A DNA stretch of 64,000 nt. Origin: an uncultured delta proteobacterium (GTDB lineage Bacteria; Myxococcota_A; Polyangia; Polyangiales; Polyangiaceae). The notes under the pieces were generated by a model. The model did no database searches, had not been told where the DNA came from, and was given only the letters and a program-made list of their open reading frames with translations. Position numbers and translations under genes: made by a program. The DNA lies in contig CAWKKR010000005.1 in assembly GCA_963850305.1 (NCBI GenBank), forward strand, positions 1 to 64,000. Direction: 5' to 3'. Positions 62,977 through 64,000 of this stretch are shown one piece after another; positions within the stretch are counted from its first letter, which is position 1, and the number at the start of each line of letters is the position of its first letter.

Positions 62977-64000
62977 ATGGATCGCATCGAGAACCGCACG
63001 TTCGACGAGCTCGAGCTGGGAGACACGGCTAGCCTCGTTCGAACCCTCACCCACAAGGACCTCGAGCTTTTCGCGATCATGTCGGGGGATGTCAATCCCG
63101 CGCATCTGGACGAGACTTTCGCGAAGAGTGACATGTTCCACAGGGTGGCGGCGCACGGCATGTGGGGCGGAGCGCTCATCTGCGCGCTGCTCGGAACGGA
63201 GCTCCCGGGTCCGGGGACGGTTTACGTCGACCAGTCGCTTCACTTTCGCCGCGCCGTTGGCCTCGGGGACACGATTACGGTGACAGTGACGGTAACCAAG
63301 AAGGCCGAAGAAACGCACCAGGTCGTCTTCGATTGTCGGGGCACGAACCAAACCGGCGAAGAAGTCATCAGCGGCACCGCAGTAGTCGTCGCGCCGACCG
63401 AGAAGGTCTCTCGCCCGCGCGTCGTTCTCTCCGACCTCGAGTTGCAGAGCAAAGGGCGACGCTATGAACGCCTGATCGAGATGACCCGCGGCCTAAACCC
63501 GATCCGCACGGCCGTCGTTCACCCGGTCGACACGCCATCCCTGCTCGGCGCCGTGGAAGCGGCGCGGGCTAGGCTCATCACGCCGGTGCTGGTTGGACCG
63601 GAGGCCAAGATCCGTACAGCTGCCGCGCAGGCGCGACTCGATCTAGCGCACTACGAGCTCGTCCCGACGGAACACAGCGACGCGGCAGCGGCAGAAGCCG
63701 TCTCAATGGCTCGCTCCGGCAGGGTCGAAGCGCTGATGAAAGGCGCGCTCCATACCGACGAACTCCTGCACGCAGTCGTAGACGCCACTCGCGGTCTGCG
63801 CACGGCCCGGCGCATGAGCCACGTCTTTGCGATCGACGCACCCGCCTATCCGAGAGCGCTCTTCGTCACGGACGGCGCGATCAACGTCTACCCCACCTTG
63901 GCCGACAAGCGCGACATCGTCCAGAACGCGATCGACTTGGCCCACGCGCTCGGCATCGCCGAGCCTCGGGTCGCAATCCTCTCGGCGGTCGAGATGGTCA
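62977..64000 (+). CDS. Bifunctional MaoC enoyl-CoA hydratase/phosphate acetyltransferase, runs off the window
   Basis: Manual translation from ATG 62977: MDRIENRTFDEL..FAIMSGDVNPAH..AHGMWGG..LPGPG; then ALMKGALHTDEL..RRMSHVF..TDGAIN.. Confidence 0.93.
   Translation, partial: MDRIENRTFDELELGDTASLVRTLTHKDLELFAIMSGDVNPAHLDETFAKSDMFHRVAAHGMWGGALICALLGTELPGPGTVYVDQSLHFRRAVGLGDTITVTVTVTKKAEETHQVVFDCRGTNQTGEEVISGTAVVVAPTEKVSRPRVVLSDLELQSKGRRYERLIEMTRGLNPIRTAVVHPVDTPSLLGAVEAARARLITPVLVGPEAKIRTAAAQARLDLAHYELVPTEHSDAAAAEAVSMARSGRVEALMKGALHTDELLHAVVDATRGLRTARRMSHVFAIDAPAYPRALFVTDGAINVYPTLADKRDIVQNAIDLAHALGIAEPRVAILSAVEMV

Overview
GC-rich bacterial window. The secreted Cys-rich lipoproteins, the FGE-sulfatase family protein and the Zn-tailed USP suggest Myxococcota/Polyangiales (inference). 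Many genes are broken by 1-bp indels in patches, probably long-read/polishing error, mixed with some apparently genuine decay. Zone 1 (1-9.2 kb): secreted proteins (FGE-sulfatase lipoprotein, GH-like protein with Cys-rich tail, Cys-rich repeat protein, G1 peptidase) and a nucleotidyltransferase TA-like pair, punctuated by three copies of a structured ~100-bp repeat and two short tandem arrays. Zone 2 (9.4-15.9 kb): decayed defence/mobile island with a DEDDh exonuclease, cREC, IS4 and Lhr-helicase fragments, a PLD-zinc-ribbon nuclease and an A/T-richer XRE + Ser/Thr kinase + TPR operon (best candidate for an undescribed system), closed by a Cre-like integrase remnant with a tRNA-3'-end att core inside it. 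Zone 3 (16.1-64 kb): hypoxia/stress and fermentation island with at least eight sigma54-type promoters: STAS-ackA-xfp-H+ P-type ATPase-glgP, USP + group 3b [NiFe] hydrogenase + hyp genes (no hypB), two ManC-like paralogues bracketing a PII-like gene and an ABC exporter, osmC-dps-MTase-znuCB with an IS701 in its promoter, SPFH, ppsA, pdhAB, an in-frame pdhC-AhpD/CMD ORF without E3, and MaoC-Pta.
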